Of a stretch of DNA of 64,000 bases, positions 29,601 through 40,656 are shown one piece after another. The stretch is taken from contig OY843592.1 in NCBI GenBank assembly GCA_963692865.2, positions 1,312,001-1,376,000 of the forward strand, read 5' to 3'. A program made the translations under genes and the position numbers. This stretch comes from a bacterium. GTDB lineage: Bacteria; UBA8248. The notes beneath the pieces were generated by a model. The model was not told the DNA's origin and did no database searches. It saw nothing but the letters and a program-made list of their open reading frames with translations. The stretch's first letter is position 1. Each line of letters begins with the position of its first letter.

Positions 29601-31886
29601 GTGAAGCGAAAACAAAACGTGATTCCAGACGAGGAGAAAATAATCGGCCTGATCGCGAAAGAGGACAGGCCGATGGCCGTGCGCGAACTCGTGCGCCTGC
29701 TCGAAGTGCGCGCAAACGCCCGGCCCGCGCTCAGGAAGCGCCTGCGCGCCATGGCGGAAGCGGGCGCGCTCGTCCGCGTTCGCGGGCGCTACTCGACGCC
29801 GGGTTCCCTCTCCATCCATCAGGGCGTTTTCCGGGGGCACGCGCAGGGCTACGGGTTCGTCGTCCCAAACCAAACTGGTGGTAAAGAAAAATCTCCCGAC
29901 ATCATGATCAAGAAAACCCGGACGCGCGGCGCGATGGACGGCGATACGGTCTCCGCCCGGGTGGAGAAGGTTCACCCCGACGGGAGGCGGGAGGGGAGCG
30001 TGATCGACGTGATCGAGCGCGCGCACCGCACCCTGGTGGGCAGGCTCTGCGTGGAGGGCCGGAGCGCGTGGGTGGAGCCCCAGGGAGAGCGCATCCCGCA
30101 CCTCGTGGTGCTGGGCGCGGGGAGTCGGGAAGGAGCCAGGCGCGGCGAATGGGTGGAAGTCGAAATCACCCGCTATCCGACCCAGAAAGAACCGGCCAAG
30201 GGGCGCGTTCTGCGTTCATTCGGCTATCCCGAAGACCCCGCCGCCGAGGGACGGATGGTGCTCGCCAAGCACGGGATACGCGAGGATTTCCCCCCAAAAG
30301 TTCTGGAGGAAGAGAAAAGCCTCTACCCGCCGGGGGAGGACGACCCCTTCCCGGAAGGGGTGGAGGATTTGAGGGAGCTTTGCGCGTTCACGGTCGATCC
30401 TTTCGACGCGAGGGACCGCGACGACGCCGTCTCGATAGAAAAACTTCGAAGTGGCTGCCGCCTCGGCGTGCACGTCGCCGACGTGGGCCATTACGTGAAA
30501 GGGGGCGGCGCCATAGACAAGGAGGCCCTCGCGCGCGGCGTGAGCGTCTACCTGCCGGACAGGGCGGCGCCCATGCTGCCGCCGCGCCTGACGGGCGAGG
30601 TGTGCTCCCTCAGCGAGAAAGCCGTCCGGCGGACCCTGAGCGTCTTCATCGACTTCGACCGTTACGGGAACCGGACGGGGGTGCGGCTCACCTTCGCGCG
30701 GATTCGCTCGCGCGCGTCCTTGACCTATCGAGGCGCCGCGGCCGTTCTGGAGGGCGGGGAGATTCTCCAGGAGGGCGAGGCGGAAAGCGCACGCGCGCTC
30801 GAAGAACCGCTCCGGGAACTCTCGGCCCTTGCGGACAAGCTTCATGCGGAGCGCATGCGTCGGGGCGGCCTCGACTTCGATCTGCCCGAAGCGCGGGTGC
30901 TGCTCGATGGGGAGGGAATGCCCGTGAACATTGCGCGCGCCCCGAGAACCTCCGCCCACCGGCTCATCGAGGAGTGCATGCTGGCGGCGAACCGGGCGGT
31001 GGCGGAATACCTCGCCGAGGCGGGCGGGGCTTCCGTCTTCCGCGTCCATGAGGCGCCGGCGGAGGAGAACCTGGAAGGCTTGCGGGCGATTCTCTCCAGA
31101 CTGGGCGTGAAGGCGCCGCGTATTGAGGCGCTCAAGCGCCCCGGCGGGCTTCAGGAGGTATTCGACGCCGTGAGCGGTTCGGACGTGGAGCGCTACGTGA
31201 ACCTCGCCGCGCTCAGAAGCATGAAACTCGCGCGCTATGAGGCCGCGCCCGCCCTCCACTTCGGCCTGGGCTTCGAGCGCTACACGCACTTCACCTCGCC
31301 CATCCGCCGCTATGCGGACCTTTGCGTCCACAGAAGGCTCGCGCGGCTCATGCGCGGCGACGCCGGAAAGCCGCAGGCGAAACCGCTCGCCGCCCTTTGC
31401 CGCGATATTTCAGAGAGAGACCGGACGGCGGAGGCCGCCTCGCGCGAGATGGTCGATTTCATGAAGGCGCTCTTCATGCGCGATAAAGTCGGAGAGCGCT
31501 TTCGGGGCCACGTCTCGGGCGTCGCGAACTTCGGGATATTCGTCGAGCTGGAAGATATATACGTTGAGGGCATGGTCCCCCTCGAATTCATGACGGACGA
31601 TTACTACGCCTTCATTCCCGAGGAGCACGCGGTTCTGGGCCGCAGGACGGGCCGGAGGTTCCGTTTGGGCGACCCCGTCACCGTGCGGGTGGAGGGCGTG
31701 GATCTGGCGTCGCGGCGCGTTACGCTCCAGCTGATGGCGGGCGGCACGAGAGAGTTGGTCGGCGATGCGGCGCAGTCGCGCCGCGCGAGTCTCACCGACC
31801 GCCGACGCCCTGAGAGAAAGAAACTCTCAAGTCCACGGCGCAGGAAGAGGGGGAAGGCGGGGCCCCGGCGGGGCAGACGCCGCTGA
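29601..31886 (+). CDS. rnr: Ribonuclease R
   Basis: DP.DARDRDDA, HVADV, YTHFTSPIRRYADL, S1 domain, basic tail. Confidence 0.95.
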   Translation: MKRKQNVIPDEEKIIGLIAKEDRPMAVRELVRLLEVRANARPALRKRLRAMAEAGALVRVRGRYSTPGSLSIHQGVFRGHAQGYGFVVPNQTGGKEKSPDIMIKKTRTRGAMDGDTVSARVEKVHPDGRREGSVIDVIERAHRTLVGRLCVEGRSAWVEPQGERIPHLVVLGAGSREGARRGEWVEVEITRYPTQKEPAKGRVLRSFGYPEDPAAEGRMVLAKHGIREDFPPKVLEEEKSLYPPGEDDPFPEGVEDLRELCAFTVDPFDARDRDDAVSIEKLRSGCRLGVHVADVGHYVKGGGAIDKEALARGVSVYLPDRAAPMLPPRLTGEVCSLSEKAVRRTLSVFIDFDRYGNRTGVRLTFARIRSRASLTYRGAAAVLEGGEILQEGEAESARALEEPLRELSALADKLHAERMRRGGLDFDLPEARVLLDGEGMPVNIARAPRTSAHRLIEECMLAANRAVAEYLAEAGGASVFRVHEAPAEENLEGLRAILSRLGVKAPRIEALKRPGGLQEVFDAVSGSDVERYVNLAALRSMKLARYEAAPALHFGLGFERYTHFTSPIRRYADLCVHRRLARLMRGDAGKPQAKPLAALCRDISERDRTAEAASREMVDFMKALFMRDKVGERFRGHVSGVANFGIFVELEDIYVEGMVPLEFMTDDYYAFIPEEHAVLGRRTGRRFRLGDPVTVRVEGVDLASRRVTLQLMAGGTRELVGDAAQSRRASLTDRRRPERKKLSSPRRRKRGKAGPRRGRRR

Positions 31887-31897
31887 GGCTCTGATGC

Positions 31898-32141
31898 GGG
31901 GTTGTTGAATAAACCCCGGAAAGGGGTTGTTGCCCCCCAATCGAGAGTGTTCACCGTCATTCCGGCGAAAGCCGGAATCCATTTTTACGCTTTTTGCCTT
32001 TCGTCAGGGTTCCCGCGCATCGGCGGAGAATGAAACGCCGCCGTTCATTCACCCGCATCCGCAAATGGATTCCGGCTTTCGCCGGAATGACGAACAAAAT
32101 CGCACCGCTTTTTGTAGGGACAGGTCGCGACCTGTCCCTAC
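31898..32141. repeat. MITE-like left end, GTCATTCC palindrome pair and perfect 28-bp REP
   Basis: GGGGTTGTTGAATAAAC (31898); 31944-32091 closely similar to 50700-50830; GTAGGGACAGGTCGCGACCTGTCCCTAC (32114-32141). Confidence 0.8.
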
Positions 32142-32292
32142 GGACTTCTGGGGCACCTGAGCTTCCGTTCCCCTATAAAATTTCCCTGGTGGCGAAAAAT
32201 CCCGTGAGGGGCTATATTGTTTCTTGATGATAAGGGAGACGCGGGGAGCGATGCGCTCCTTTTTCTTTTTCTTGAGATTTGCGAGGTGCGTG

Positions 32293-32754
32293 ATGGCGGG
32301 CGGCATGAAAATCGTTGCCGAGAACAGGCGCGCCCGCGCCGATTATGCGATTGACGAGACCTACGAGGCGGGCCTCGTCCTCACGGGCACGGAGGTGAAG
32401 GCGCTCCGCGAGGGCCGCGCGAACCTGAAGGAGAGCTACGGCGACATCATCGGCGGCGAGGCCTGGCTGGTGGATTGCCACATCAGCCCCTACGGGCACG
32501 GCAACATCCACAACCACGAGCCCACGCGCAGGCGGAAGCTCCTGCTCCACAAGCGCGAGATAGGGCGCCTCATCGGCCGCGTGAACGAACGGGGGATGAC
32601 GCTCGTGCCGATGAAGATGTATTTCGCCCGGGGCCGCGCGAAGGTGGAGATCGGCGTCGGCAAGGGCAAGAAGCTCCACGACCGCCGCGAGGAGCTCAAA
32701 AAGCGCGCCGCGAACCGCGAGATCGAGCGCGCGCTCAGGGAGAGGAACAGGTGA
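32293..32754 (+). CDS. smpB: SsrA-binding protein
   Basis: [35 protein letters not shown]. Confidence 0.97.
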   Translation: MAGGMKIVAENRRARADYAIDETYEAGLVLTGTEVKALREGRANLKESYGDIIGGEAWLVDCHISPYGHGNIHNHEPTRRRKLLLHKREIGRLIGRVNERGMTLVPMKMYFARGRAKVEIGVGKGKKLHDRREELKKRAANREIERALRERNR

Positions 32755-32963
32755 TGCGGGATCTTTTCAGGGACTACACGATGCGCTGGTGGCAGGTGAG
32801 TCTGCTCAAACTCTCGATGGCCGCGTTCGGCCTGGCGGTCGGGGCCACCTGGCCGGGAGCGTTCGAGGGCCGGCTGCTCTGGATATGGCTGACGTTCCTG
32901 CTCCCCGCCGCGTATCTGAGCTGCGTCTTCTATCCCGAGATGTGGAGGAGAAGGCGGAAATAG
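32754..32963 (+). CDS. Small 2-TM membrane protein of unknown function
   Basis: ATG overlaps the smpB stop (TGATG); hydrophobic, basic C-terminus. Confidence 0.6.
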   Translation: MRDLFRDYTMRWWQVSLLKLSMAAFGLAVGATWPGAFEGRLLWIWLTFLLPAAYLSCVFYPEMWRRRRK

Positions 32964-33023
32964 CGTATACGAGACGGGCCCGGAATGATGATCGCCGCTC
33001 CGGGTCTGCCGTTCATCTCTTAT

Positions 33024-33384
33024 GGGGGCGATCCGGTTTCGACGGGAGGATTTGAAGTCTGAGCTGCGCGCCGGGGACGCCACTTGGCCCCGTTATCAAT
33101 GTGGCAAAATCACACCAGCCGACAACGAGCTGGCTCTCGCTGCCTAGACGCTAGCGAGCGTTCCCCCTCGCCTCGTCCGCGGGCGGGGTGCGGAACGTCA
33201 TGATGCGGACTAGCCGACCCAGGTTTCGGTCCGGAGCCTGACAGGCGAAATCGAATCGGACTAGTCCGGAGGATGGCCCGCCGGTGGGCTTGGTCCCGGG
33301 CGAAACCCTCACCACCGGCTACGCGCGTAGACGCTCACGACGGAAGCCTTTCGGACGCGGGTTCGATTCCCGCCGCCTCCACCA
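33024..33384 (+). ncRNA. ssrA: tmRNA (one-piece), tag (A)ADNELALAA
   Basis: 5' GGGGGCG..GGTTTCGAC; 3' GCGGGTTCGATTCCCGC-CGCCTCC-ACCA with G3.U pair; tag frame 33118-33147; near smpB. Confidence 0.96.
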
Positions 33385-33413
33385 GATTTGATGGGAATGC
33401 GGCTCGATTTTTA

Positions 33414-33759
33414 GGAGCTGTTGCAAAAGCCCGATGAAGAAGGGTTTGACACGAGCAAGGATCGAGCGATTGTGTTTTGGTAGCGCGACCTGTCCCTACG
33501 GTCGCCGGTCGGGATTGATCCACCGCGTGGCATCGGACTTTGCAGAACGCTCGACGCCCTCATCCCGAGCAAACGCCCCAAACCCTCATCCTGAGTAGGC
33601 GCGTAAGCGCCGTATCGAAGGATGGGGGCGCATTTCTCCGGCGGGCGCTCACTTCGCCCTTCGATACGCGGCTTCGCCGCTACTCAGGGTGAGGCGGAGC
33701 GGCGGGTTGCGCAGGATGAGGAGGGGGATTGCGCCGCATCGGGCTTTTTCAACGACCTC
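33414..33759. mobile_element. MITE-like element with 5-bp target duplication
   Basis: GGAGCTGTTGCAAAAGCCCGATG / CATCGGGCTTTTTCAACGACCTC, flanked by TTTTA at 33409-33413 and 33760-33764. Confidence 0.8.
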
Positions 33760-33859
33760 TTTTAAGTAGAGTGTGGTTACTCGGGTGTTCCCCAGCATTG
33801 GTTTGCTCCGTCATTCCTCGCTATATTTTTTGAAGTCTATTCTCAACGAATAGAGAGTG

Positions 33860-34087
33860 ATGAGAAAACCGGGCGAAGTAGTTTTCGAGGTTACCGAAGC
33901 CGTAGAAGGCGGCTATGACGCCCGGGCCTTGGGCTACGGCATATTCACCCAGGGAGAGGACTGGGACGACCTGAAAACGATGGTCAGAGAAGCTGTGCTT
34001 TGTCACTTCGGTGAAGAGGACGCGCCTGGAATGGTCAGGCTGCATCTCGTCAGGGACGAAGTTATCGCGCTCTCCCGACCTTCCTGA
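33860..34087 (+). CDS. HicB-like small protein (orphan antitoxin-like)
   Basis: F.V.E..EGGY.A.A.G..IFTQG..WD.L...V.EAV.CHF pattern; no HicA downstream. Confidence 0.7.
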   Translation: MRKPGEVVFEVTEAVEGGYDARALGYGIFTQGEDWDDLKTMVREAVLCHFGEEDAPGMVRLHLVRDEVIALSRPS

Positions 34088-34265
34088 AACACCAGACCCT
34101 CTTCCTTTTCACGCTCCATTGCATTCCCCGTTTCGCGCGGATTAAAATACCGTCCGTCATCGAGGCGTCGCCGCCGAGTTTTTTCGGTTTTTCGAACCAT
34201 CTGCCCGGGTTCGCGGCGCCCCGAGTCGGGATGTCCCGCGAGGCACCCTTACGAGGACGCAGAGC

Positions 34266-36422
34266 ATGTCGCGCCTGGCCGAAGACGAATCCGCCGTCGC
34301 CGCCGAGCCGATCCTCGATCCGCGCCTTCGCTATCTGAACCGCGAACTTTCCTGGCTCGCCTTCAACCGGCGGGTGCTCGCCGAGGCGAGCAACCTCCGC
34401 CACCCACTGCTGGAGCGCCTGCGCTTCCTCTCGATATCGGCGAGCAACCTCGATGAGTTCTTCATGGTGCGCCTGGCGGGCCTCAAGGGACAGGTGGCGA
34501 ACGGCGTCACCCAGAAGAGCCTCGACGGTCGAACGCCCGCCGAGCAGTTGGCCGAAGTCGCCCGGGAGAGCGCGCGGCTGATTTGCGAGCAGGAGTCCGT
34601 CTGGCGGCGTCTGCGGCGGGAACTCGCCGGGGCCGGCATCTCCGTGGTGACCGAGGAGGACCTGAGCGCGAAGGATATGGACTGGCTGGGCGATTACTTC
34701 CTGAAACAGGTTTTCCCCGTGCTGACGCCTCTCGCCATCGACCCGGCGCACCCGTTCCCCTTCATCGCCAATCGCGGCTTCTGTCTGGCGCTCGAACTCG
34801 AAGCCGCCGATGGCGCGCGGAAAATGCGGGCCCTGGTTCCGCTGCCCGATCAGGTGCGCCGCTTCACCCGCCTGCCGGGAGAGGATGTCCGATTCATCGC
34901 GCTGGAGAACCTGGTGCGCCTGTTCATCGATCAGTTGTTCCCGGGCTACCGGATCGCCGGCAGCGGCGTGTTCCGCCTCATCCGCGACAGCGACATCGAA
35001 TACGAGGAGGAGGCCGAAGACCTCGTCCTGTTGTTCGAGACCATGCTGCGCCGCAGGCGGCTCGGCGGCGTGGTGCGCCTGAACCTGAGCGCCGACATGC
35101 CGGTCTCGCTGCGCGAGCTGGTGATAGACGAGTTCGACGCCCAGCCCGAGGACATCGTGGAACTGACCGGCACCATCGGCATGGCGCAACTCGGCGAATT
35201 GATCGATTGCGGGCGATCGGATCTGGTTTTCCCCGCCTACCGGGCGCGCTTTCCCGAGCGCATCCGCGAGTACGACAACGATTGCTTCGCGGCGATCCGT
35301 CACAAGGACATCGTCGTCCATCACCCCTACGAGAGCTTCGACGTGGTGGTGCAGTTCCTCGAACAGGCCGCCGCCGACCCGAACGTGCTGGCGATCAAGC
35401 AGACGCTCTACCGCACGACCGACGAGTCGCCCATCGTCAAGGCGCTCATCGCGGCGGCGGAATCGGGCAAATCGGTCACGGCGCTCGTCGAACTCAAGGC
35501 GCGCTTCGACGAGGAGACCAACCTCAAGCTCTCCCAGTCGCTGGAGCGCGCGGGCGTCCACGTGGTCTACGGCTTCATGAAGCTCAAGACCCACGCCAAG
35601 GTCACCTGCGTCGTGCGGCGCGAGGGGGAAGATCTGCGGAGCTACGTGCATTTCGGCACGGGCAATTACCACCCGATCACCGCGCGCGTCTATACCGACC
35701 TCTCGTTCTTCACCTGCGACGAGCGTCTCGCGCATGACGCCGCCCAGGTGTTCAACCTGACCACGGGCTACGCGCTGCCGCGCAGTTTCGAATGCGTCGC
35801 CGTGGCGCCGTCGGGGCTTCGAAAATCCGTGCTGGCAATGATTGACGAGGAGATCGCCAACGCCGAGGCGGGCCGGCCGGCCGCGGTCTGGGCGAAGATG
35901 AACTCGCTGGTCGACGGGACGGTCATCGACAAGCTCTACCAGGCGAGCGCCGCGGGCGTTCAGGTCGACCTGGTGGTGCGCGGCATCTGCTGCCTGCGTC
36001 CGGGCGTGCCGGGTCTGTCGGAGAACATCCGGGTGAAGAGCATCATCGGGCGTTTTCTCGAACACTCTCGCATCGTGTGTTTCGCCAACGGCCACCCGCT
36101 GCCCTCGCCGCACGCGAAGGTGTTCATGACCTCGGCCGACTGGATGCCGCGCAACTTCGACCGCCGCTGCGAGGTGCTGGTGCCGATAGAGAACGAAACC
36201 GTGCATCAGCAGGTGCTCGATCAGATCATGGTGGCGAATTTCAAGGACGACGCCCAAAGCTGGCACATGGCAGGCGACGGCGGCTACGAGCGCGCGCCGC
36301 TCGGGGAAGAAGATTTCACGGCGCACACCTATTTCATGACGAATCCGAGTCTGTCCGGCCGCGGAAGCGCGCTGAGACGGGCCGGCGGCCCGGCGAGGTT
36401 GCGTATTGCGGAAGACGGCTGA
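34266..36422 (+). CDS. ppk1: Polyphosphate kinase 1
   Basis: [50 protein letters not shown]. Confidence 0.97.
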   Translation: MSRLAEDESAVAAEPILDPRLRYLNRELSWLAFNRRVLAEASNLRHPLLERLRFLSISASNLDEFFMVRLAGLKGQVANGVTQKSLDGRTPAEQLAEVARESARLICEQESVWRRLRRELAGAGISVVTEEDLSAKDMDWLGDYFLKQVFPVLTPLAIDPAHPFPFIANRGFCLALELEAADGARKMRALVPLPDQVRRFTRLPGEDVRFIALENLVRLFIDQLFPGYRIAGSGVFRLIRDSDIEYEEEAEDLVLLFETMLRRRRLGGVVRLNLSADMPVSLRELVIDEFDAQPEDIVELTGTIGMAQLGELIDCGRSDLVFPAYRARFPERIREYDNDCFAAIRHKDIVVHHPYESFDVVVQFLEQAAADPNVLAIKQTLYRTTDESPIVKALIAAAESGKSVTALVELKARFDEETNLKLSQSLERAGVHVVYGFMKLKTHAKVTCVVRREGEDLRSYVHFGTGNYHPITARVYTDLSFFTCDERLAHDAAQVFNLTTGYALPRSFECVAVAPSGLRKSVLAMIDEEIANAEAGRPAAVWAKMNSLVDGTVIDKLYQASAAGVQVDLVVRGICCLRPGVPGLSENIRVKSIIGRFLEHSRIVCFANGHPLPSPHAKVFMTSADWMPRNFDRRCEVLVPIENETVHQQVLDQIMVANFKDDAQSWHMAGDGGYERAPLGEEDFTAHTYFMTNPSLSGRGSALRRAGGPARLRIAEDG

Positions 36423-37932
36423 ACGACCAGGCCTCGTCGAAGAGGCGACCGACTCTCACGAACGTTACGGCGTAATCGACATCGGCTCCAACTCGATCCG
36501 CCTGGTCGTGTTCGAGGGCTTGCGGCGCGCGCCGCTGCCCTTGCTCAACGAAAGGGTCATGTGCGGCCTGGGCCGAAGCCTGCACGATACCGGCAGGCTC
36601 GACCCCGATGGCGTCGAACAGGCGCTGTTGAACATCGAGCGCTTCGGCGTCCTGCTGCGCGCGATGGGGGTGACGCGCTTCGACGCCGTCGCCACCGCGG
36701 CGGTGCGCGATGCGGAGGACGGGGCCGGGTTCGTCGCCGAGGTGGAGCGGCGGTGCGGTTTTCACGTGCGCGTGCTCTCGGGCGCGGAAGAGGCGGAGAT
36801 GGCGGCGCTCGGCGTGTTGAGCGGCGCGCCCGGAGCGGACGGCGTGGTGGGCGACCTGGGCGGCGGCAGCCTCGAACTGGTCCACCTGGCCGCCGGCGCC
36901 ACCGCCGAGCACGCGACGCTGCCCCTGGGGCCGCTCAACCTCCAGGCCGCCTCGGGCGGCAAGCGCAAGCGCGCGAGAAAGATTATCGACGACGCCCTGG
37001 CGGAACTGCCCTGGCTCCCCGAGATGCGCGGGCGCGCCTTCTACGCCGTCGGCGGCAACTGGCGGGCGCTGGCGCACGCCCACATGGCGCATTCGGGCTA
37101 TCCGCTCAACATCATTCACCATTACAGGCTTCGCCGGGGCGACCTCGCGAAAATCGCCGACCTGGTATCGCGCCAGAGCCGGGATTCGCTCGCGGGCATT
37201 CCTGGCGTTTCGAGCAGGCGGCTCGACTTGCTGCCGCTCGCGGCGCTGGTGATGGTTCGTCTGCTGGCGGCCGCGGAGCCGCGCGACGTCGTCTTCTCCG
37301 CGCACGGCCTGCGCGAGGGGTTCGCCTTCGCGCGCCTGGGGGACCGCCGCCGGGACGAGGACCCCCTCCTGAGCGCAGCGGACGACATCTACGAGCGCAC
37401 CGCCCGGTATCCCGGCCGCGCCGCAGAACTCTACGAGTGGACGGAAAGCCTCTTTCCCGAAGAGAGCGCCTCCGAGCGCCGCCTGCGCCGCGCCGCCTGC
37501 CTGCTGAGCGACGTCGGCTGGCGGGTGCACCCCGACTACCGGGCCGCCCAGGCCGGCGCCGAGGTGCTCCACGCGCGCGCCCTGCACGCCGGCCACGAGG
37601 AGCGGGCGTTTCTCGCCCTGGCCGTCTTCGGGCGCTATACGAGCCGCGCGACCCACGGGGCGCTGCGCACCGTCGAGCGGCTGCTGGACGCGGAAACCGT
37701 CCGCCGCGCGCGAATCACGGGCTCCGCCGTGCGGCTGGGGGAGACCCTTTGCGGCGGCGTGCCGGGGGTGCTGGGGCGCTTTTCGCTCAAGCCCTCGATG
37801 GGCCGGGGTTTGCTCAAGCTCAAGTGCCGCCGCAGTGACCAAAACATGCTGGGCGAGGTCGTCTTGCGCCGCTTCGAGGCCCTGGCCGCTTTGATGGGAC
37901 TGGCGCCCGAGGTGCGCTTTATCGGGGATTGA
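36406..37932 (+). CDS. ppx: Ppx/GppA exopolyphosphatase
   Basis: [34 protein letters not shown]; TTG start uncertain. Confidence 0.93.
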   Translation: MRKTAERPGLVEEATDSHERYGVIDIGSNSIRLVVFEGLRRAPLPLLNERVMCGLGRSLHDTGRLDPDGVEQALLNIERFGVLLRAMGVTRFDAVATAAVRDAEDGAGFVAEVERRCGFHVRVLSGAEEAEMAALGVLSGAPGADGVVGDLGGGSLELVHLAAGATAEHATLPLGPLNLQAASGGKRKRARKIIDDALAELPWLPEMRGRAFYAVGGNWRALAHAHMAHSGYPLNIIHHYRLRRGDLAKIADLVSRQSRDSLAGIPGVSSRRLDLLPLAALVMVRLLAAAEPRDVVFSAHGLREGFAFARLGDRRRDEDPLLSAADDIYERTARYPGRAAELYEWTESLFPEESASERRLRRAACLLSDVGWRVHPDYRAAQAGAEVLHARALHAGHEERAFLALAVFGRYTSRATHGALRTVERLLDAETVRRARITGSAVRLGETLCGGVPGVLGRFSLKPSMGRGLLKLKCRRSDQNMLGEVVLRRFEALAALMGLAPEVRFIGD

Positions 37933-38714
37933 TGATGGCGTGGATTCGATTTGCGGCGTGTGGCCTCGTGTTGTTGTCGGGCCTGGGTTTTCCGCCAAAG
38001 TCACAGGCCTCGGAAACGGCTCCGGCTCCCACCGTCGTCCTGGCGGATTCACTTGAGCCCGCCGAGGTCTCCGAGTCCGCCGTTCTGGCTCTCCGCATCC
38101 TTGCGAGAGAAACCGACGATTTGCTCCTTGACGCGAAGCGGCGGCGCGGTCTCGCCCGCGAGATCGAAGGCGTGCTCAAGCGGCTGAGATACGCTCATCC
38201 CGAGATGGCGAAAGTCTCCGCCCGAACGGCCCATCTGCCCGGCGTGCTTCTCCTGGGCGTGAGGCCCGGTTTGTTCAAGGCGGTCGCCGGCCTCCTTGAG
38301 GGGACAAGCGGGCCCGTGGCGTTGCGCACCGGGAACCGGGCGTTCGACGCCTTGAACGCGAGGCTCGAACTTCGGGCCGTGCGGCCATACCGCCACATGG
38401 GCGTCCTCCTCATGCGCCTGAGCAGGCGCGCCAACGTCGGGGCGGCGCAGAGAGCGTACATGGCGATCGAAGGAGTCGAGTACGCGGAGCCCGATGCGCA
38501 CCTGGGCGACGGCCCCGACATCGAGGCGGCGAAATCGGGCGGCGTCTGGCATGTCGTCGTCCGCAGGGCGTGGGGGGATTGCCCCGCCGGTTGTATTTAC
38601 AAAAAGCTGTCTTTCTTCACCGTGGCGGGTGGGGAAGTCGAGCGAATCGAACCCTCGAATGCGATGAAGATGTCCGGGTTCCGGAAAATCCTCACAATCC
38701 GAAACTGGCGTTGA
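37932..38714 (+). CDS. Exported hypothetical protein with WGDCPAGC motif
   Basis: Signal peptide-like N-terminus; overlaps the ppx stop. Confidence 0.65.
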   Translation: MMAWIRFAACGLVLLSGLGFPPKSQASETAPAPTVVLADSLEPAEVSESAVLALRILARETDDLLLDAKRRRGLAREIEGVLKRLRYAHPEMAKVSARTAHLPGVLLLGVRPGLFKAVAGLLEGTSGPVALRTGNRAFDALNARLELRAVRPYRHMGVLLMRLSRRANVGAAQRAYMAIEGVEYAEPDAHLGDGPDIEAAKSGGVWHVVVRRAWGDCPAGCIYKKLSFFTVAGGEVERIEPSNAMKMSGFRKILTIRNWR

Positions 38715-38841
38715 CGCCGTGCGCGCGGGATGAGAGGCTCACCCCGCTTCCAGATGACAGATAAATTCTGCCTGATGTGAACAGGGGCGGCAGGGCCATT
38801 ATCCACCAGTCGAGAGACGTAACCGAGGAGATACCTGAACG

Positions 38842-39219
38842 ATGAACATCGCATACGTTTTCGCCACCGACATGTCGGCCACCTACAAGCTGGGCACCAT
38901 GATCCTGCCGCAACTCGAAGCCGGCAACCACGGAGTGAACGTCGTCGGCATGTTCTTTTTCGACGACAACCTGTACTGCCTGCGCGAGGGCGACGAGGTG
39001 GGCGAGCGCCTGGCGAAGGTCGCCGCGGAGCAGAACATCCTCCTCATGGTATGCGACCAGTGCGCCGTGCGCCGCAACCTCGCCGAGGGCACGTTCGAGC
39101 AGTGCGGGTCCGGCGACGTGAAGGCGAAGGGCCTGGTGGCCGGCGTGGGCGCAGGCTGCTTCCCGCAGCTCTACGCCGCGCTCGCTCCCGCCGCGCCCGA
39201 CCTCGTCATCACGCTGTAG
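38842..39219 (+). CDS. DsrE-fold (SaoD-like) sulfur-relay protein
   Basis: MILPQLE, GMFFFDDN, CDQC, GCFP.LY, VITL end; GAGGAG RBS. Confidence 0.75.
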   Translation: MNIAYVFATDMSATYKLGTMILPQLEAGNHGVNVVGMFFFDDNLYCLREGDEVGERLAKVAAEQNILLMVCDQCAVRRNLAEGTFEQCGSGDVKAKGLVAGVGAGCFPQLYAALAPAAPDLVITL

Positions 39220-39225
39220 GGGTCT

Positions 39226-39710
39226 GGGGCTGTTGAATAAGCCCCGTATGCGACCCCTGCAAACCGCAACGCCTCTTTCCTTACCCTGAGTAGCCGCCGG
39301 AGGCGGCGTATCGAAGGGCGAGGGGAATCGAACGCCTCGCGCCGGGGCGAGAGGGCGTCCCCTTCGACAGGCTCGGGAATGCAGTTTCTCCTTCCTCAGT
39401 CGGAACTGACCTTCGATACGCGGCTTCGCCGCTATTCAGGATGAGGCGGTCGGGGAGGCCCTGCGCACCGAATCACGAAATCAGGGCCTTTTCAACAACC
39501 CCGACAAGGGGGGGGTTGATTCTTTTGAAGTCGCGCAGCCCTTCCTCCCTCAGTCGGGGCTGACCCCCCACCAACTCGCTTGCGGGCTACGCCCTTATCT
39601 CGTTGACTCCCCCTCAAGGGGGGAGTGGTTCGACCCGACCCGCAAGGGCTTTTTCAACAGCCCCCGCAGGGGCGGTTCGCGAACCGTGGGGCGACCCCGA
39701 GGAGGGGTTC
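39226..39710. mobile_element. MITE-like composite repeat cluster
   Basis: Left end GGGGCTGTTGAATAAG (39226); right ends at 39487-39502 and 39649-39664; CCTGAGTAG pair and CCCCCTCAAGGGGGG hairpin inside. Confidence 0.7.
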
Positions 39711-39808
39711 GCTCCTGCGGGTCAATCCCTCGCTCCACGGTGAATCAAGGGAAGAATTGAACTCGAAGCCCGCGCCTTTTCGAAGCGCCGCCGGGGCGGA
39801 GGTGAAGC

Positions 39809-40651
39809 TCAGGACGCCTTGAGGACGCAGTAGGAATAGAGTTTCAACAGGTCGGTCGTCACGTCCATGAACTCTTTCATTTCCGCTGCGGATTCCGGCG
39901 CGCGGCGCTCGCCGACTTCCATGAGGCTTTCGGATTCCAGCACCTCGAAGCCGTGTTTTTCCGTGAGGACGGAGAGGTCGTCGAAGCCCGTCACCCATTT
40001 CACCCCGAAGTTGCTTTCGAAAAGGTCCGTGAATTCGCTGATTCTCTCATCGCCGGACGTGCGGTTGATTACTTTTTCAGAGAGATAATCGAAAGCGATG
40101 GTCATATCGGGCGCCTGCGCGCGCATCCGGTCGAGAAAATCGTGGATCAGCCCGACCGGCAGATACATGGTGTTGCCTTCCCATATGAACAGGATGGGCG
40201 CTTCGAGGTCGAAGCCCGCTTTGGCGAGTTCCCGGGGCAGGTCAACTTCGAGGTAATTGCACTCGATTCCGGCGCAGGGTGTGACGTCTCTGGCTTCGAG
40301 AACCTTTTTCTTGAACTGCAGCACCGCCGGCTGGTCGACGTCGCAGAACCGGACGTCTTCGGTTTTATAAATGTGAAAGCGCATGTCGAAGCCCGCGCCG
40401 AGCGAGACGATCTGCTTTACGCCGGCCTCAATGCCGCGCTCGACGGCCTCGCTCATGACGCAAACCCGGAAACGAACCAGTTCCAGCGCCGGCGGAAACA
40501 CTTCTATCTGCTCTTGCACTTTCTTCTCTATCGCCTCGTTCACGAACCACGCCGCGCAGGGGTCGTCGAACAGCTTGTGTTCCTGCTTCTCCTCCATTGC
40601 GCGAATGGAAGATACGAAGAACGCGGTCGCGCCGATTTCGTTGATGTCCAT
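39809..40651 (-). CDS. LCM-family SAM-dependent methyltransferase (copy 2)
   Basis: IRA.E, LFDDP, QIVSLGAGFDMR, DVDQP, WEGNTMYL. Confidence 0.9.
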   Translation of the reverse strand: MDINEIGATAFFVSSIRAMEEKQEHKLFDDPCAAWFVNEAIEKKVQEQIEVFPPALELVRFRVCVMSEAVERGIEAGVKQIVSLGAGFDMRFHIYKTEDVRFCDVDQPAVLQFKKKVLEARDVTPCAGIECNYLEVDLPRELAKAGFDLEAPILFIWEGNTMYLPVGLIHDFLDRMRAQAPDMTIAFDYLSEKVINRTSGDERISEFTDLFESNFGVKWVTGFDDLSVLTEKHGFEVLESESLMEVGERRAPESAAEMKEFMDVTTDLLKLYSYCVLKAS

Positions 40652-40656
40652 GGAAC

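Noticed and set aside
27696-30101. Long antisense ORFs (801 aa here; also 34062-36326, 36334-38052 and many others)
   Set aside because: Shadows of real GC-rich genes (polA, ppk1, ppx) without recognisable motifs
24851-39219. Selenocysteine read-through in ArsM or the SaoD-like protein
   Set aside because: Both frames are complete, with Cys at the motif positions and normal C-termini
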